Positions 35,868 through 46,042 of a stretch of DNA of 64,000 nt are shown here, piece by piece. Each line of letters begins with the position of its first letter. Positions within the stretch are counted from its first letter, which is position 1. The position numbers were made by a program, and so were the translations under genes. The stretch is from a virus (lineage: Duplodnaviria; Caudoviricetes), in IMG/VR virus record IMGVR_UViG_2974666105_000001, positions 15,100 through 79,099 of that record, one strand, 5' to 3'. The notes beneath the pieces are model-generated. The model saw only the letters and a program-made list of their open reading frames with translations. It was not told the DNA's origin and searched no databases.

Positions 35868-36080
35868 TTCGATTCCTCACTTTTCAACATTGGCAAAAAT
35901 ATGGCAATCTTTGCATTCAACGACATCCACATTTCCAAACGTCTTTAACCACGGTTTGTTGTGTACTTTCTTCCATCGATGTTTCTCATGTCCAGTAAAA
36001 ATATTCATATGTTTTTCCTCCATGAATTAATAATACAGCTCCTGATTCTTTGTGTCAATATAAAAAGGGCTTTTAGCCCT

Positions 36081-37826
36081 TTAAAAAATAAAATTGTCTG
36101 CTGTCTGCTTGATTTTAACTTCGTCACTCTTAACGCATTTGTCAATTATTAACTGAGGAACGGGGCTTTTACCCCAATAGTTGAACCCTGATGAACAAAC
36201 GAAGCTAATTGTCTTATCTGAAAATCCGCTCTTAATGTACTTTTTTAGTTCATCAGTAACATTAAAATCATCAATTGTAATTCCAGACATCTTAATTGAC
36301 ATCCAATTATTAACTAGTTTTATATCTTTTTTAGGGACTTTTAACCCAATCACAGCAATTTTTATTTCATCCCTTGCCCCTCTAAAAATATTTGCTGATC
36401 TGTAAATTTCTGAAATATCATCAATAGTTGGGAGTTCGTCTACAAATCCAGCGTCAACGTAATATTCATAATCTGGTACGGATTCTGAATATTCTTCAAT
36501 TTTAGAAGCGACATCATTCCACTTGTCATCATATAGTGCAACACCAAACGCTTGCTCATGCCCCGCAGCAAACTTAACGCCATCCAACTTTTTAAGTAAG
36601 GACATTCCGTCAATGTTTTCTGGAAAGCGTCCACTCCCTTGAAGGACATTACCCTTTGCTTTCAACACTAAGGTTGGTTTCTTGGTGTTTCCAAGCATCT
36701 TGTTAGCGACAAGGCCAGCAATCCCTTTGTCATACTTCTCTGACAAAATAGCAATATTATACTGGCATTCTTCATTTGAAAGCATTTTGATTTCTTTTAA
36801 AGCTTTTTTGACTAGCCGGTCCTGTCTACTTTTTACTTTTTGAAGCATATCAGCGGCTCGATCATAAACATTCATCTCAATATCAACACTGTGCATCTTA
36901 CCATCTGATAATTTTCGACGTTTTTTCACCATCTCGGTTTTTCCAATTCCGACGAGTGCATTAAATGTTAGTTCACGTTCTTCATGGCTACCGATACGTG
37001 CGACTGCATTAATTTTAGGAATTAATGAAAATTGAATATGTTTGATTGTCATTTTTTCTGGATCATCCTTAAAAAATGACTTCAACATTTTGTTACTAAC
37101 GTTTTCCATACCATATGAAACAATTTTCATAATCGAGGCATCATTCAAATCACTCATATCAGCAATTTGTCCAACGGCAGTTAAGTCTGGATAAGGAATT
37201 TTATCAGATCCAAGCCATAATTTAGCAACTTGTGCCACCATTCCAGATCCAGTCAGTTCTTTGTTTAATTCACCGTCTTGATATTGGTTGCTGACTACCA
37301 TATAGTTAGGATAGTTTTCAGTAATAAATTCTTCATTTTCAAGAATATGATGATCAATCACCATAACCTTTGTGCCTTTCGATTGAATCTTGTTAATTGT
37401 GACTAGATCGTTACTTGAACTATCTGGGCAAATAATCCAATCATATTTTTCACCATCAAAAAGTTCCTCGTTGGCTTTGATCCCATGAAGCTTGGCATTT
37501 GGAAAAACTGGAATAACATCATTATTTTTATTCATCGATTTTAGAGCTTCATAAATAATCGATGAAGACATATAACCGTCGACATCGACATCAACTAGAA
37601 TGGCAACTCTTAAATCGTTGTGATCTCGATAATACTTTGAAAAATTAATCAATTCTTTTTCAAACGGAAGATGCCATTCCTCGCCACAATAATCTCCCCA
37701 GACATTATTTTTTCGATATTCAATAGCACCTTTGACAATATTGCCAATATTATCATTTGTCAGTTCAATATTGAATCCATTAATCTGATTGTTTACATTT
37801 TCAACGTCGCTTTGTGCAATTCTCAT
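36081..37826 (-). CDS. recJ: RecJ-like DHH ssDNA exonuclease
   Basis: DVDVDGYMS, IDHH, INAVARI, GSGR, FAAGHEQAFG motifs. Confidence 0.9.
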   Translation of the reverse strand: MRIAQSDVENVNNQINGFNIELTNDNIGNIVKGAIEYRKNNVWGDYCGEEWHLPFEKELINFSKYYRDHNDLRVAILVDVDVDGYMSSSIIYEALKSMNKNNDVIPVFPNAKLHGIKANEELFDGEKYDWIICPDSSSNDLVTINKIQSKGTKVMVIDHHILENEEFITENYPNYMVVSNQYQDGELNKELTGSGMVAQVAKLWLGSDKIPYPDLTAVGQIADMSDLNDASIMKIVSYGMENVSNKMLKSFFKDDPEKMTIKHIQFSLIPKINAVARIGSHEERELTFNALVGIGKTEMVKKRRKLSDGKMHSVDIEMNVYDRAADMLQKVKSRQDRLVKKALKEIKMLSNEECQYNIAILSEKYDKGIAGLVANKMLGNTKKPTLVLKAKGNVLQGSGRFPENIDGMSLLKKLDGVKFAAGHEQAFGVALYDDKWNDVASKIEEYSESVPDYEYYVDAGFVDELPTIDDISEIYRSANIFRGARDEIKIAVIGLKVPKKDIKLVNNWMSIKMSGITIDDFNVTDELKKYIKSGFSDKTISFVCSSGFNYWGKSPVPQLIIDKCVKSDEVKIKQTADNFIF

Positions 37827-37828
37827 TA

Positions 37829-38857
37829 TTATGACATAACCTTTCTTGATCTCATCAATTCGTAAAACGGTTCTGATCCTTTATCAGTGGGACTATCTTT
37901 GTAACCGAGTAACCCATCACAATCATCAAACAGAACTGACACATTAAACCTTAGCAGCATTCTCTTAAACATTTTGACAATCATTTCTGCTCTTGTCTTT
38001 CTCGACTGCTCATCATTGTAATCCTTATCTAGTCCAACAATTATTTCATTGATCCCAAGTTTTGATAATTCATTTATTTGCCAACTCGAAATACTAGATC
38101 CAGATAAGGCAACCCCATTGCCATTCCCATTCATGATTGTATCTAATTGCATGACCGATTTTTCAGACTCAAAAATAATCACTTTTCCAGCCTTTAAAAT
38201 ATTCCTTTTATTTTGAAACAATCCGTACAGGTTTAGGCTGGTTGGGTATGATAATACTTTTCCCTTATATCTAACGGGGCGATACTTGCCAAAATTATCT
38301 ATCTCGTACTGGTCTAATGATCTTCCACGGACACCAATCAACCTTCCATTAATATCAAGTTGTGGAATTATTATTTTGTTTTCAGATATTGAATACCTTA
38401 TTCCGAATTTTTTCTGTGTTTCAGCACTAATTCCTTCATCAATCCACCCACCGTACGCATAGGGGTGATACCTTTCTAGCAGTTTGGCACTTATTTCAGA
38501 AACGTCTTGGTATTCATTTTCATTCTTTTTTAGCGCTACTGCCGGATTGTAAAGATCCTGTGAAAAGAACCCTTCAATTCTTCTGCCACCGATAATCGTA
38601 TTTAGCTCACTCATGGCTTGTGGGTATTCGATTTCTCTATAACGCATTATGAATCCGACTAAATTCATTGACCCACAATTTGAGTAGCAATACATTGACA
38701 CTGATAGGTTCTCATCAAAATACGCATACAACTTATATCCACCATCCCCGTCGCGATGATGACAATAAGATCTTATTTGGTAGTATTTTCCTCTGTCTTG
38801 ATAATCCAGATCATAATATTTGATTACCTTATCAAGATCACTTTTCTTATAATCCAT
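37829..38857 (-). CDS. DNA primase
   Basis: N-terminal CHH..C..C zinc finger; TOPRIM IFESEKS and GLDKD. Confidence 0.9.
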   Translation of the reverse strand: MDYKKSDLDKVIKYYDLDYQDRGKYYQIRSYCHHRDGDGGYKLYAYFDENLSVSMYCYSNCGSMNLVGFIMRYREIEYPQAMSELNTIIGGRRIEGFFSQDLYNPAVALKKNENEYQDVSEISAKLLERYHPYAYGGWIDEGISAETQKKFGIRYSISENKIIIPQLDINGRLIGVRGRSLDQYEIDNFGKYRPVRYKGKVLSYPTSLNLYGLFQNKRNILKAGKVIIFESEKSVMQLDTIMNGNGNGVALSGSSISSWQINELSKLGINEIIVGLDKDYNDEQSRKTRAEMIVKMFKRMLLRFNVSVLFDDCDGLLGYKDSPTDKGSEPFYELMRSRKVMS

Positions 38858-38864
38858 ATCTCAC

Positions 38865-40469
38865 CTAGAACACCAATTGTTCTTTAACCCCGTAGTTTCC
38901 GTCATTATCAATCTTAATAGTAGTTCTTGGAAGATCAATATAATTGTATTGATAATCTGTGGCAAATAGTGAATATTCGTGAAGCGTCCCAAGATCAACC
39001 ACCGACCAGATAACAATGTTTTTCTTTCCAAGTCTATTTTTATAGCAAAAATTTCCAATATTTGGTTTTAAATGATAAGGATTAACAGCATCATCACTAA
39101 TCAATGGCTCTAAAGACTTTAAATCCCTAGGGGTAACGTCTGCTGAGATCATGCCAAAATCAATTTTGTCAGCAATACTCTTAGAATCACGGAGAGCTTG
39201 CGATGTTCTTGACATCTCATAATTGCTATCATCATATGTTGGCGTAATTTGAGTCGCAGACATAATATAGATGTCAAGTTCTTTTGCCTTATTGCGTAAT
39301 CTGTCTGTAAAACTTAACAGAATACGATCATCACGGGTGTCTCTACCACCATAAAGTTCAGATCCAGATCTTAGTAACTTAGGCGCTGCCCAAATGTAGT
39401 CAAAATCAACGTATTTAACGTCGTAATTGAAAACATACTCATCAATAGTCGACATGACATCATCTATATCGAAGTCCTGAATCTCCTTGAAATGAAGTTT
39501 GGTCTCCTGTAAGACTTTTACACCGTGATTAATAATATTTTTTACGTCGTTTGTGTAATGTCCACGCTTAATAACTTCTGGATTAATTCTTGTAACTGCG
39601 CATATTAGAATTAATTGAATTTCTTTTTTTGAAAGTTCAGTAGAAATAAATAATGATGGCTGGGGATTTTCGTTTGTAACCCATTTTCCAGTGTTTTTAT
39701 TAAAAATTTGAGTAGCAGAAACATTCACCAAATCCATCAGGCCCAGTCGTGTCTTACCACCACCAGCTTTCATAGATCTTAGAAATAACTTTCCAAGTTG
39801 CATACCAGAAGTGATCGTATTCATAAGACCATCATGAAACCCATAACCAAAATCAGGTGACTGATTAATATTTTCAAGCATTTCTTCAATATCATCACCA
39901 GCGTCAAATGATTCTGAATTTTGTTCCCAATCAGAAACTTCATTCTTAATGTCGCTGATTGTTTTTGAAAAATGATTGACAATATCTTGTTCAGTCATTG
40001 CATTCAATTGATCTTGTTGTTTGGAAAGTTTATCTGGTTCTTCCGTATATACATCGTATATACTGCTAATATCAATGCCAGAAGACAATAATTTTCTTAA
40101 GACCGTCATTTTTTTAATATAATGATAGTTTAATTTAAACATGCCTTCATTTGCAGATTCTTTTGCAGACTGGACATATTCAATCCCTTTATATCCAGTA
40201 AAGATAGAATAATATTTTTCAAATTGTTTTAAATACGTGTCAATGTCAATGGCGGTTATTTCTTCTAGCTTATCCGATTCGTTAACAATATTGTTGATAG
40301 CAAAAAAAATAATTCTGTGAACACTATTTGAAAAATCTTCTTTAGTCAGACACACGCTATCTGATAATAATTTAGCTGGATTGTTCATTAACACTCCAAT
40401 AACACCGAAAATTTGGCTTTGGGGTGTAAGAGCTTTTAACTCATTTTTATTCAAGTAGATCATCCTCAC
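38865..40469 (-). CDS. DnaB-like replicative helicase
   Basis: AGGGKTR Walker A, ISTELS, VDFDYI, ATQI, SIADKID motifs. Confidence 0.9.
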   Translation of the reverse strand: MRMIYLNKNELKALTPQSQIFGVIGVLMNNPAKLLSDSVCLTKEDFSNSVHRIIFFAINNIVNESDKLEEITAIDIDTYLKQFEKYYSIFTGYKGIEYVQSAKESANEGMFKLNYHYIKKMTVLRKLLSSGIDISSIYDVYTEEPDKLSKQQDQLNAMTEQDIVNHFSKTISDIKNEVSDWEQNSESFDAGDDIEEMLENINQSPDFGYGFHDGLMNTITSGMQLGKLFLRSMKAGGGKTRLGLMDLVNVSATQIFNKNTGKWVTNENPQPSLFISTELSKKEIQLILICAVTRINPEVIKRGHYTNDVKNIINHGVKVLQETKLHFKEIQDFDIDDVMSTIDEYVFNYDVKYVDFDYIWAAPKLLRSGSELYGGRDTRDDRILLSFTDRLRNKAKELDIYIMSATQITPTYDDSNYEMSRTSQALRDSKSIADKIDFGMISADVTPRDLKSLEPLISDDAVNPYHLKPNIGNFCYKNRLGKKNIVIWSVVDLGTLHEYSLFATDYQYNYIDLPRTTIKIDNDGNYGVKEQLVF

Positions 40470-40911
40470 TTATCTTAGCGATTTGTTTCCTCTCTCTTTT
40501 AGGAGGCTTGATAACCACAACAGATTTATTGTAATTGTAGGAATTATCATTTTCTTCTCTCACATAACTATTGTGATCGGCATAGTAATACTTAATCAGT
40601 CCGATTCCGTAAGTTGAATCAAATTTAACATTTTTATGTGTCTTGATCCAATCAAATGTATGCAACATTCCCTCATAAGTCATGCCTAGTGAAGTATATT
40701 TTTTAATCTGGGCATACACCATCGACGGTAAGACAACTTGACCATATTCCTCTCGCAGTCCGTGAGTGAATGCTTTTTTACATTGGTCATTATGAATAAC
40801 TATGTTTAGGCACTCTCGACAGTAATTTTTATTTTTATATTGAGTTAACTCGTCTTTTTCATGTTTTATACCTTGTTCATAACAATTAGGCCCATAACAT
40901 TTTAATAACAT
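40447..40911 (-). CDS. Replication-associated protein (possible helicase loader)
   Basis: GAGGTG RBS before MLLKCYGPNC; CRECL; GIGLIKYYY; directly upstream of the helicase. Confidence 0.55.
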   Translation of the reverse strand: MLLKCYGPNCYEQGIKHEKDELTQYKNKNYCRECLNIVIHNDQCKKAFTHGLREEYGQVVLPSMVYAQIKKYTSLGMTYEGMLHTFDWIKTHKNVKFDSTYGIGLIKYYYADHNSYVREENDNSYNYNKSVVVIKPPKRERKQIAKISEDDLLE

Positions 40912-40976
40912 ATTTAACACCTCTTTCTCTATTATATCAAAAAAGGCGCAGCTCATCAAGCCGACGCCAATCATTT

Positions 40977-41171
40977 TTACTTCAATTTGCTCGTAATTAT
41001 GCTTAAAACCCAGCCGATACAGAATACTGTGGTTCCAATTTTCCATAGTAAAAGCCATGACCACGGAGTCCCCCACAAACACATAACCAGCATCCCAATT
41101 AACCCATAAACAAACACTAAGGCAACATCAGCAAGTAACGATGCTAAAGTATTAACAACAATATCTCTCAT
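40977..41171 (-). CDS. Small two-TM membrane protein
   Basis: Hydrophobic. Confidence 0.6.
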   Translation of the reverse strand: MRDIVVNTLASLLADVALVFVYGLIGMLVMCLWGTPWSWLLLWKIGTTVFCIGWVLSIITSKLK

Positions 41172-41872
41172 TTTCTAGTCCCCCATGATCTCTTGCCTGT
41201 CATATTAAAAAATTCCTTGTCGGTTAGATAACCAAGCTCGACTAGTTTCGCTTCAATTAAGTCCAAAACAAAATTACGATCCCCCATATTAGACTCAAAA
41301 TCAAGGTTGTCTCTGTTGATCCTAATAATCGGGGCTTCACTATATGAGTCTGCCCAATTTTTAAACCCTTTGTTAATTGACCTGTAGTATTCAACTAAGT
41401 TTGGATCTGCTGTTTCCATGTCTCGTCCGCGTCCGATAATATCTTCAATTTCCTTTTCTGGGCTAATATCCAAGAAAACATATAGATCTGGATAATGTCC
41501 TTTAGGAGTAGCACTAATAGAATCAAGCATGTGTCGCAATAGCTTTAAATAGAGATTATATTCCTGATCTGTTGTTTCTCCTCTATCATGGATCACTTTA
41601 TATACGATAGAGTCAGCTACTAGATTTGAATCCATAACAGCTTTTTCATCAACAACGGCATCTCTTAGCTGTGAAAATCTTTCATCAAGCCAGGCGATTT
41701 GTAACGGGAATCCAAATTTTTTACGTGTTTCTTTTCCGCCTGAGTAGTAATCCTTCAAAATCGGAATGGCATATGGATCTTCCAAATATTCTTTTGCCCC
41801 CAGATCCTCACTCAAAATCTTTACTAAAGTGCTTTTACCACTCCCAAAAGCCCCCATAACATTAATCAGCAT
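41168..41872 (-). CDS. Deoxynucleoside kinase
   Basis: GAFGSGKSTL P-loop; LQIAWLDERF; DLYVFLD...GRDME. Confidence 0.9.
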   Translation of the reverse strand: MLINVMGAFGSGKSTLVKILSEDLGAKEYLEDPYAIPILKDYYSGGKETRKKFGFPLQIAWLDERFSQLRDAVVDEKAVMDSNLVADSIVYKVIHDRGETTDQEYNLYLKLLRHMLDSISATPKGHYPDLYVFLDISPEKEIEDIIGRGRDMETADPNLVEYYRSINKGFKNWADSYSEAPIIRINRDNLDFESNMGDRNFVLDLIEAKLVELGYLTDKEFFNMTGKRSWGTRK

Positions 41873-42072
41873 TACTTTGTCTCCTTTGTATGCGAATATT
41901 TAAACATTTCATTTTTAAAGTCATCATAGTATTCAACAGGAATTTTATAAGGTTCGTCAGTGCCATCGTCAACAAATACATTAAACAATTTTTGTCCATC
42001 ATAAAGACCAACAAAGATTACATGTGACAGCATGATAGTTCCCCTAATCCCATCCTTTTCATAACCAAACAT
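41872..42072 (-). CDS. Hypothetical protein
   Basis: GGAGG RBS. Confidence 0.6.
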   Translation of the reverse strand: MFGYEKDGIRGTIMLSHVIFVGLYDGQKLFNVFVDDGTDEPYKIPVEYYDDFKNEMFKYSHTKETK

Positions 42073-42085
42073 ATATGTTTCCCTC

Positions 42086-42364
42086 CTAAATTAGATATGG
42101 AATAATTGAAACGTAGGCATGAATACCAATATAATAAGCCGTATCATTTACCCCATTTTGTAGTCTAAAATCCCCTACACTCAATGATTTAGCCCCGTAC
42201 ACGTGAGCCAAGTTGTTATACCGTCTCGTAATATTAGACTTAACAATCTCCAAATCTTTATCAACACATTGATATTCTATCCCATCAGATGAAATAGTTC
42301 CAATATACACTGTTTCACGTTCAAATCCGCCAATTGGACTATAAACGTCACTCCATTCGCTCAT
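42086..42364 (-). CDS. Hypothetical protein
   Basis: 92 aa. Confidence 0.55.
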   Translation of the reverse strand: MSEWSDVYSPIGGFERETVYIGTISSDGIEYQCVDKDLEIVKSNITRRYNNLAHVYGAKSLSVGDFRLQNGVNDTAYYIGIHAYVSIIPYLI

Positions 42365-42407
42365 ATTATCAGCTCTTCTACATATTATTCATTTATGTGT
42401 ATACATA

Positions 42408-42454
42408 TACAATATATAAACATAAATATGAATAATAATACAATATATAAACAT
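42408..42454. repeat. Direct repeat TACAATATATAAACAT x2 within an AT-rich palindromic spacer
   Basis: 42408-42423 and 42439-42454. Confidence 0.8.
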
Positions 42455-42507
42455 TTTATTCATATAAAGCATTATAAAAGTCGTATTTTATTAAATCTGT
42501 GCTATTC

Positions 42508-42903
42508 TTAATAATTATTCAATCTATTAATTAATGTGTCAAGTTTTCTTGATAATTCTGAGGTGTCGATCTGCACTGACATCGCTAATTGTTTGTTAAA
42601 GTTTTCTTGCTTTTTCTTTTGAGATTCTTTCAGCAAATCGTCAGTCGACACAAAACGATCGCCGTTATCAACAATACCACCCTTTAAACTATTTTCCCAA
42701 TTCCTCCAACGTTTCGCATATTCAATAATTTTCCCGATTTCGACATTAACATTGTCTTTCTTGCCAGCACGGTCAGCATACTTAAAAATATTAAACTTAT
42801 ATGCCCCTCGCATCTCGTCTTCTGTGAGAATTTTTTCCATATGATCCAACAAATCTTTCCCACCATGTTGATAGTGTTCTGGGATAATCTTTTCTTCTGC
42901 CAT
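42508..42903 (-). CDS. DUF3310-like protein
   Basis: PEHYQHGGKD...GAYKFNIFKYADRAGKK. Confidence 0.8.
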   Translation of the reverse strand: MAEEKIIPEHYQHGGKDLLDHMEKILTEDEMRGAYKFNIFKYADRAGKKDNVNVEIGKIIEYAKRWRNWENSLKGGIVDNGDRFVSTDDLLKESQKKKQENFNKQLAMSVQIDTSELSRKLDTLINRLNNY

Positions 42904-42914
42904 TTCAGTTCCTC

Positions 42915-43199
42915 CTATTTAAATTCAATTACGGTGTCTGATAAACTAATTTCATCACTGTCTTCTCCAAATACCAATGAAACTGGTTTCCCACTCCCAT
43001 AGACAGCTGCAACACCACTAGCATTGTACTTTTCTTTCAGCTTGTTAGCAACAATATCCATAATGAATTCACTTCTGTTAATTGTTATGACATTCCGATT
43101 TTTATCATAATCGAACAAATCTAATAACTCTAGTAGCATATCCTGCTGAGCACTGATTTTATCATATTCGTTTTCATTCATAATAATCTTTTTATCCAT
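42915..43199 (-). CDS. Hypothetical protein
   Basis: GGAG RBS before MDKKIIM. Confidence 0.6.
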   Translation of the reverse strand: MDKKIIMNENEYDKISAQQDMLLELLDLFDYDKNRNVITINRSEFIMDIVANKLKEKYNASGVAAVYGSGKPVSLVFGEDSDEISLSDTVIEFK

Positions 43200-43482
43200 T
43201 CTTAATTGTCTCCTCTGCGTATGATTGTAATTTATGATCAAAATAAGACATAATTTCTTTGTCAATATCTTTATTAGTTGCAATAATCGGTTCATCATCG
43301 GTACTAAACCACATGATTAAGCAATCCGTGTCTCCAAATACAAATGGATAACTAATCTTAGTGACGCTTTTACCGTCCTGATCATAACGTTCAAGTTCTA
43401 CATTTTGTTCATTGTAAGACCCATCAAAGAAATGATCTAAAAAGTCATACATATTTTCAACTGTTAATTTCTTTTTTCTCAT
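43192..43482 (-). CDS. Hypothetical protein, first gene of the leftward unit
   Basis: GGGGA RBS; promoter at 43520-43548. Confidence 0.7.
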   Translation of the reverse strand: MRKKKLTVENMYDFLDHFFDGSYNEQNVELERYDQDGKSVTKISYPFVFGDTDCLIMWFSTDDEPIIATNKDIDKEIMSYFDHKLQSYAEETIKNG

Positions 43483-43519
43483 ATTATATTCCCCGTCTTT
43501 ATTTTATTAACTGAATACA

Positions 43520-43589
43520 ATTATAGCATTAAAACATCCAATTGTAAACAAAACTTTATGTTGACTTAAAAATAATTCCGTGTTAATAT
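43520..43589. promoter_or_regulatory. Divergent sigma70 promoter pair
   Basis: Minus: TTTACA-N17-TATAAT (43520-43548); plus: TTGACT-N17-TAATAT (43561-43589). Confidence 0.8.
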
Positions 43590-43596
43590 TGTATTT

Positions 43597-44150
43597 ACAA
43601 ACAAATGAAAACTTAATAAGCTACAAATATTCAACGCAGACAACCTACTGCGGAACTAACAAATGGGTATGTGCTGGCATGGCTTTAGGGAAATTGAAGT
43701 AATGTCAGTCGAGTCAAGTAGCAAAAAACTCCAAAAGCTACTAATCATTAAGATGAACGCTAAACCGACAAAATATCGGCAAGCGGAAGATGGGGTGGAA
43801 AGGGACAAGGTTCGCGCGGCTTGTGCTAAGTTAGACACTGGCAGATATGGTTTCTGTTATTTTCTATAAATAGGCACCGTGACTTAACTCAATCCGAAAG
43901 GCAGACTAACAGATATGTGAAAACTAAGCTTCTGGGACGGACGGCGTAGAAGCAGAAAGTTAGTTGATTGGTTGAAATACCAATTAGAGACAATTTCTCT
44001 TGTATACGCGATGCGCTCAGTGTTGCGAAACTAATTACAAGTCTTTGCTCCTTAGTCAGTGTATTAGTCTGCACTTTTTCGTTGACTAAGGCAAAGACTT
44101 GTTCCGCTCAACAACTCGTATTACAAAACTGGTAGCCGAGACTTTCGTTA
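43597..44150 (+). ncRNA. Large structured ncRNA, probably ROOL family
   Basis: Own promoter; no credible ORF; long hairpin ACAAGTCTTTGC/GCAAAGACTTGT with inner CCTTAGTCA/TGACTAAGG; long-range AGCGGAA/TTCCGCT; GAGTCAAG and GGAAAG..AAGGTTC segments resemble ROOL as I recall it (not verified by search). Confidence 0.6.
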
Positions 44151-44206
44151 CTTTAAATCCTAACTAAACAAAACAAATAACAACCAAACTTGATATTAAT
44201 TGGATT

Positions 44207-44234
44207 TGGTTTTTGGTTTTTAGTTTTTAGTTTT
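44207..44234 (+). repeat. 7-bp tandem repeat T(G/A)GTTTT x4
   Basis: TGGTTTT TGGTTTT TAGTTTT TAGTTTT; can pair with the upstream A/C-rich arm 44161-44189. Confidence 0.8.
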
Positions 44235-44521
44235 GGTGACACGTATGTGTGTCACGGTTGGTGCTAGACTAATAACGCTTATTAGCTACTAGCGCGACGT
44301 TGCCCGAAAGATGGTGAGAAACTGGCCCTTCGGCAGGAACACTATTCAGTTGATCCCAGCTAAGCCGAGCTGTTTTCTAAAGCGAGACCCTTAGCACTAT
44401 GCTAATTAGAACATATTTGGACTTATGTTAGTTAATTATGAGATTACAAAAAAGTGGTTGAAAAAACTATATGTTGTGTTATAATTAAATCATATAAAGT
44501 ATTAATAAGGAGTAATTTGTA

Positions 44522-45160
44522 ATGAGTGGTATTGAATCTTGGAAACTACAACCAGAGTTTTGTTTTATCGAAGTGAGCACATTAGGTAACGTGCGCACAC
44601 TTGATAGAGTAGTACCATGTGGAAAAGGGACACAATTCGTAAAAGGGCGAGTGTTGAAGCAACAATGTGACAAAAACGGTTATCTACGTGTGCATTTCCG
44701 CGGAAATGGAAAAAATTTTTTTAGGTTCGTCCATCGTCTTGTGGCTCAAACTTTTATTCCTAACCCTGATAACCTACCAGAGGTTAATCACAAGGATTGT
44801 AATCCAACAAACAATAACGTTTCAAATTTGGAATGGATTACACGTAAAGGTAACAATCAATATCGGAACAAATATGGAGTATCATACAAAGAAGCCGCGC
44901 GAAAGAAACCTGTATGTGCAATCAACTTAGATACCTTAGAAGTATACCGTTTCCCCTCACAAATGGAAGCGAGTCGCGTTTTGGGAGCTAACGTAGGACA
45001 TATTAATGATGTTATATTAGGAAAACGAAACCACACGCACGGTTATTGGTTTACAAACGCCGATAACAATGCCATAGAAGCCACCAGAGTTAAGCTTGGC
45101 AACAGCATGGCCCGTAAGGTTGAAGAATTGATGATTAATAAAGAATTACAATTAGTATAG
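44522..45160 (+). CDS. Free-standing HNH homing endonuclease
   Basis: VHRLVAQTFIPNPDNLPEVNHKDCNPTNN.VSNLEW; close paralog of 27853 and 30769. Confidence 0.9.
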   Translation: MSGIESWKLQPEFCFIEVSTLGNVRTLDRVVPCGKGTQFVKGRVLKQQCDKNGYLRVHFRGNGKNFFRFVHRLVAQTFIPNPDNLPEVNHKDCNPTNNNVSNLEWITRKGNNQYRNKYGVSYKEAARKKPVCAINLDTLEVYRFPSQMEASRVLGANVGHINDVILGKRNHTHGYWFTNADNNAIEATRVKLGNSMARKVEELMINKELQLV

Positions 45161-45196
45161 AAACATTTGAAAAGGTAATATAATAGTAAAAAAGAG

Positions 45197-45598
45197 GTGA
45201 TTATGTTGAATGTTTCTGAGTATAAAAGAAAAGTAGATCTTGAAAATAAAGATGAAGAGTTATGTAAATATGAAGAATTTATTAAAAATGAAATAAGACA
45301 TGGGTATGATTACATTTTATTATCAGAAGACAAAAATATTGGTATTGGATTGACATATCACAAGTCATCACCATTGGCAAAAATATTTGAAAATAAAATC
45401 AATGAAATCGGAAATGTTGATTGTCATAAAATATTTTCGAATCCGATGCGTTTGCCATCAGATGAATACTTAATTGAAAATTACTCGTTGATAGATGGAA
45501 TTTCTTACGCTGAAAAAGATGTTACAATAAAATATAAGAAATTGTTCTTTTACAAAGATATAACTGTACATGCTAAATTGCTTAAAATAAATTATTAG
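45197..45598 (+). CDS. Hypothetical protein
   Basis: GAGGTGA RBS. Confidence 0.6.
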   Translation: MIMLNVSEYKRKVDLENKDEELCKYEEFIKNEIRHGYDYILLSEDKNIGIGLTYHKSSPLAKIFENKINEIGNVDCHKIFSNPMRLPSDEYLIENYSLIDGISYAEKDVTIKYKKLFFYKDITVHAKLLKINY

Positions 45599-45797
45599 TG
45601 AGGGAAATATGGAGATTGGTGATAGTGTTTTAGTTCGTGGAACAACGTTAGCCGGCAAGATAGTTGAGATATTTGATCCATTTTGTATATGCGACAGTGA
45701 TAAAGAGATGTTTTCAGTTGAAATTGATAGAAAAGATAATAAAAAGGAATTAGCAATATTTGAATTGACTAGTTTACAGAAAGTGTGAGATTTATAT

Positions 45798-46040
45798 TTG
45801 AAAGAAGTTAAGGACAATAAAATAGAAATTAACGGAGAGTTGGTTTCACTTGAAGACTTGTGCCAAGTTGTAGCCGAGTCAGATTCGATTGCAGGACTAA
45901 TTACCCAAAGATTTAATTTTATTGGATCAAATCAATCATGCCTTGATAAAATATCTAATACGGATGTTAATCCCGAACGTGGATCACATTTTTCAATTGC
46001 AGTCGCTAAATGGTGGACAGTTGAAAAGAGTGGTGTATAA
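45798..46040 (+). CDS. Hypothetical protein
   Basis: Operon context. Confidence 0.5.
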   Translation: MKEVKDNKIEINGELVSLEDLCQVVAESDSIAGLITQRFNFIGSNQSCLDKISNTDVNPERGSHFSIAVAKWWTVEKSGV

Positions 46041-46042
46041 CT

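Noticed and set aside
43656-44074. Short ORFs within the large ncRNA region
   Set aside because: No RBS, atypical composition; RNA structure explains the sequence better
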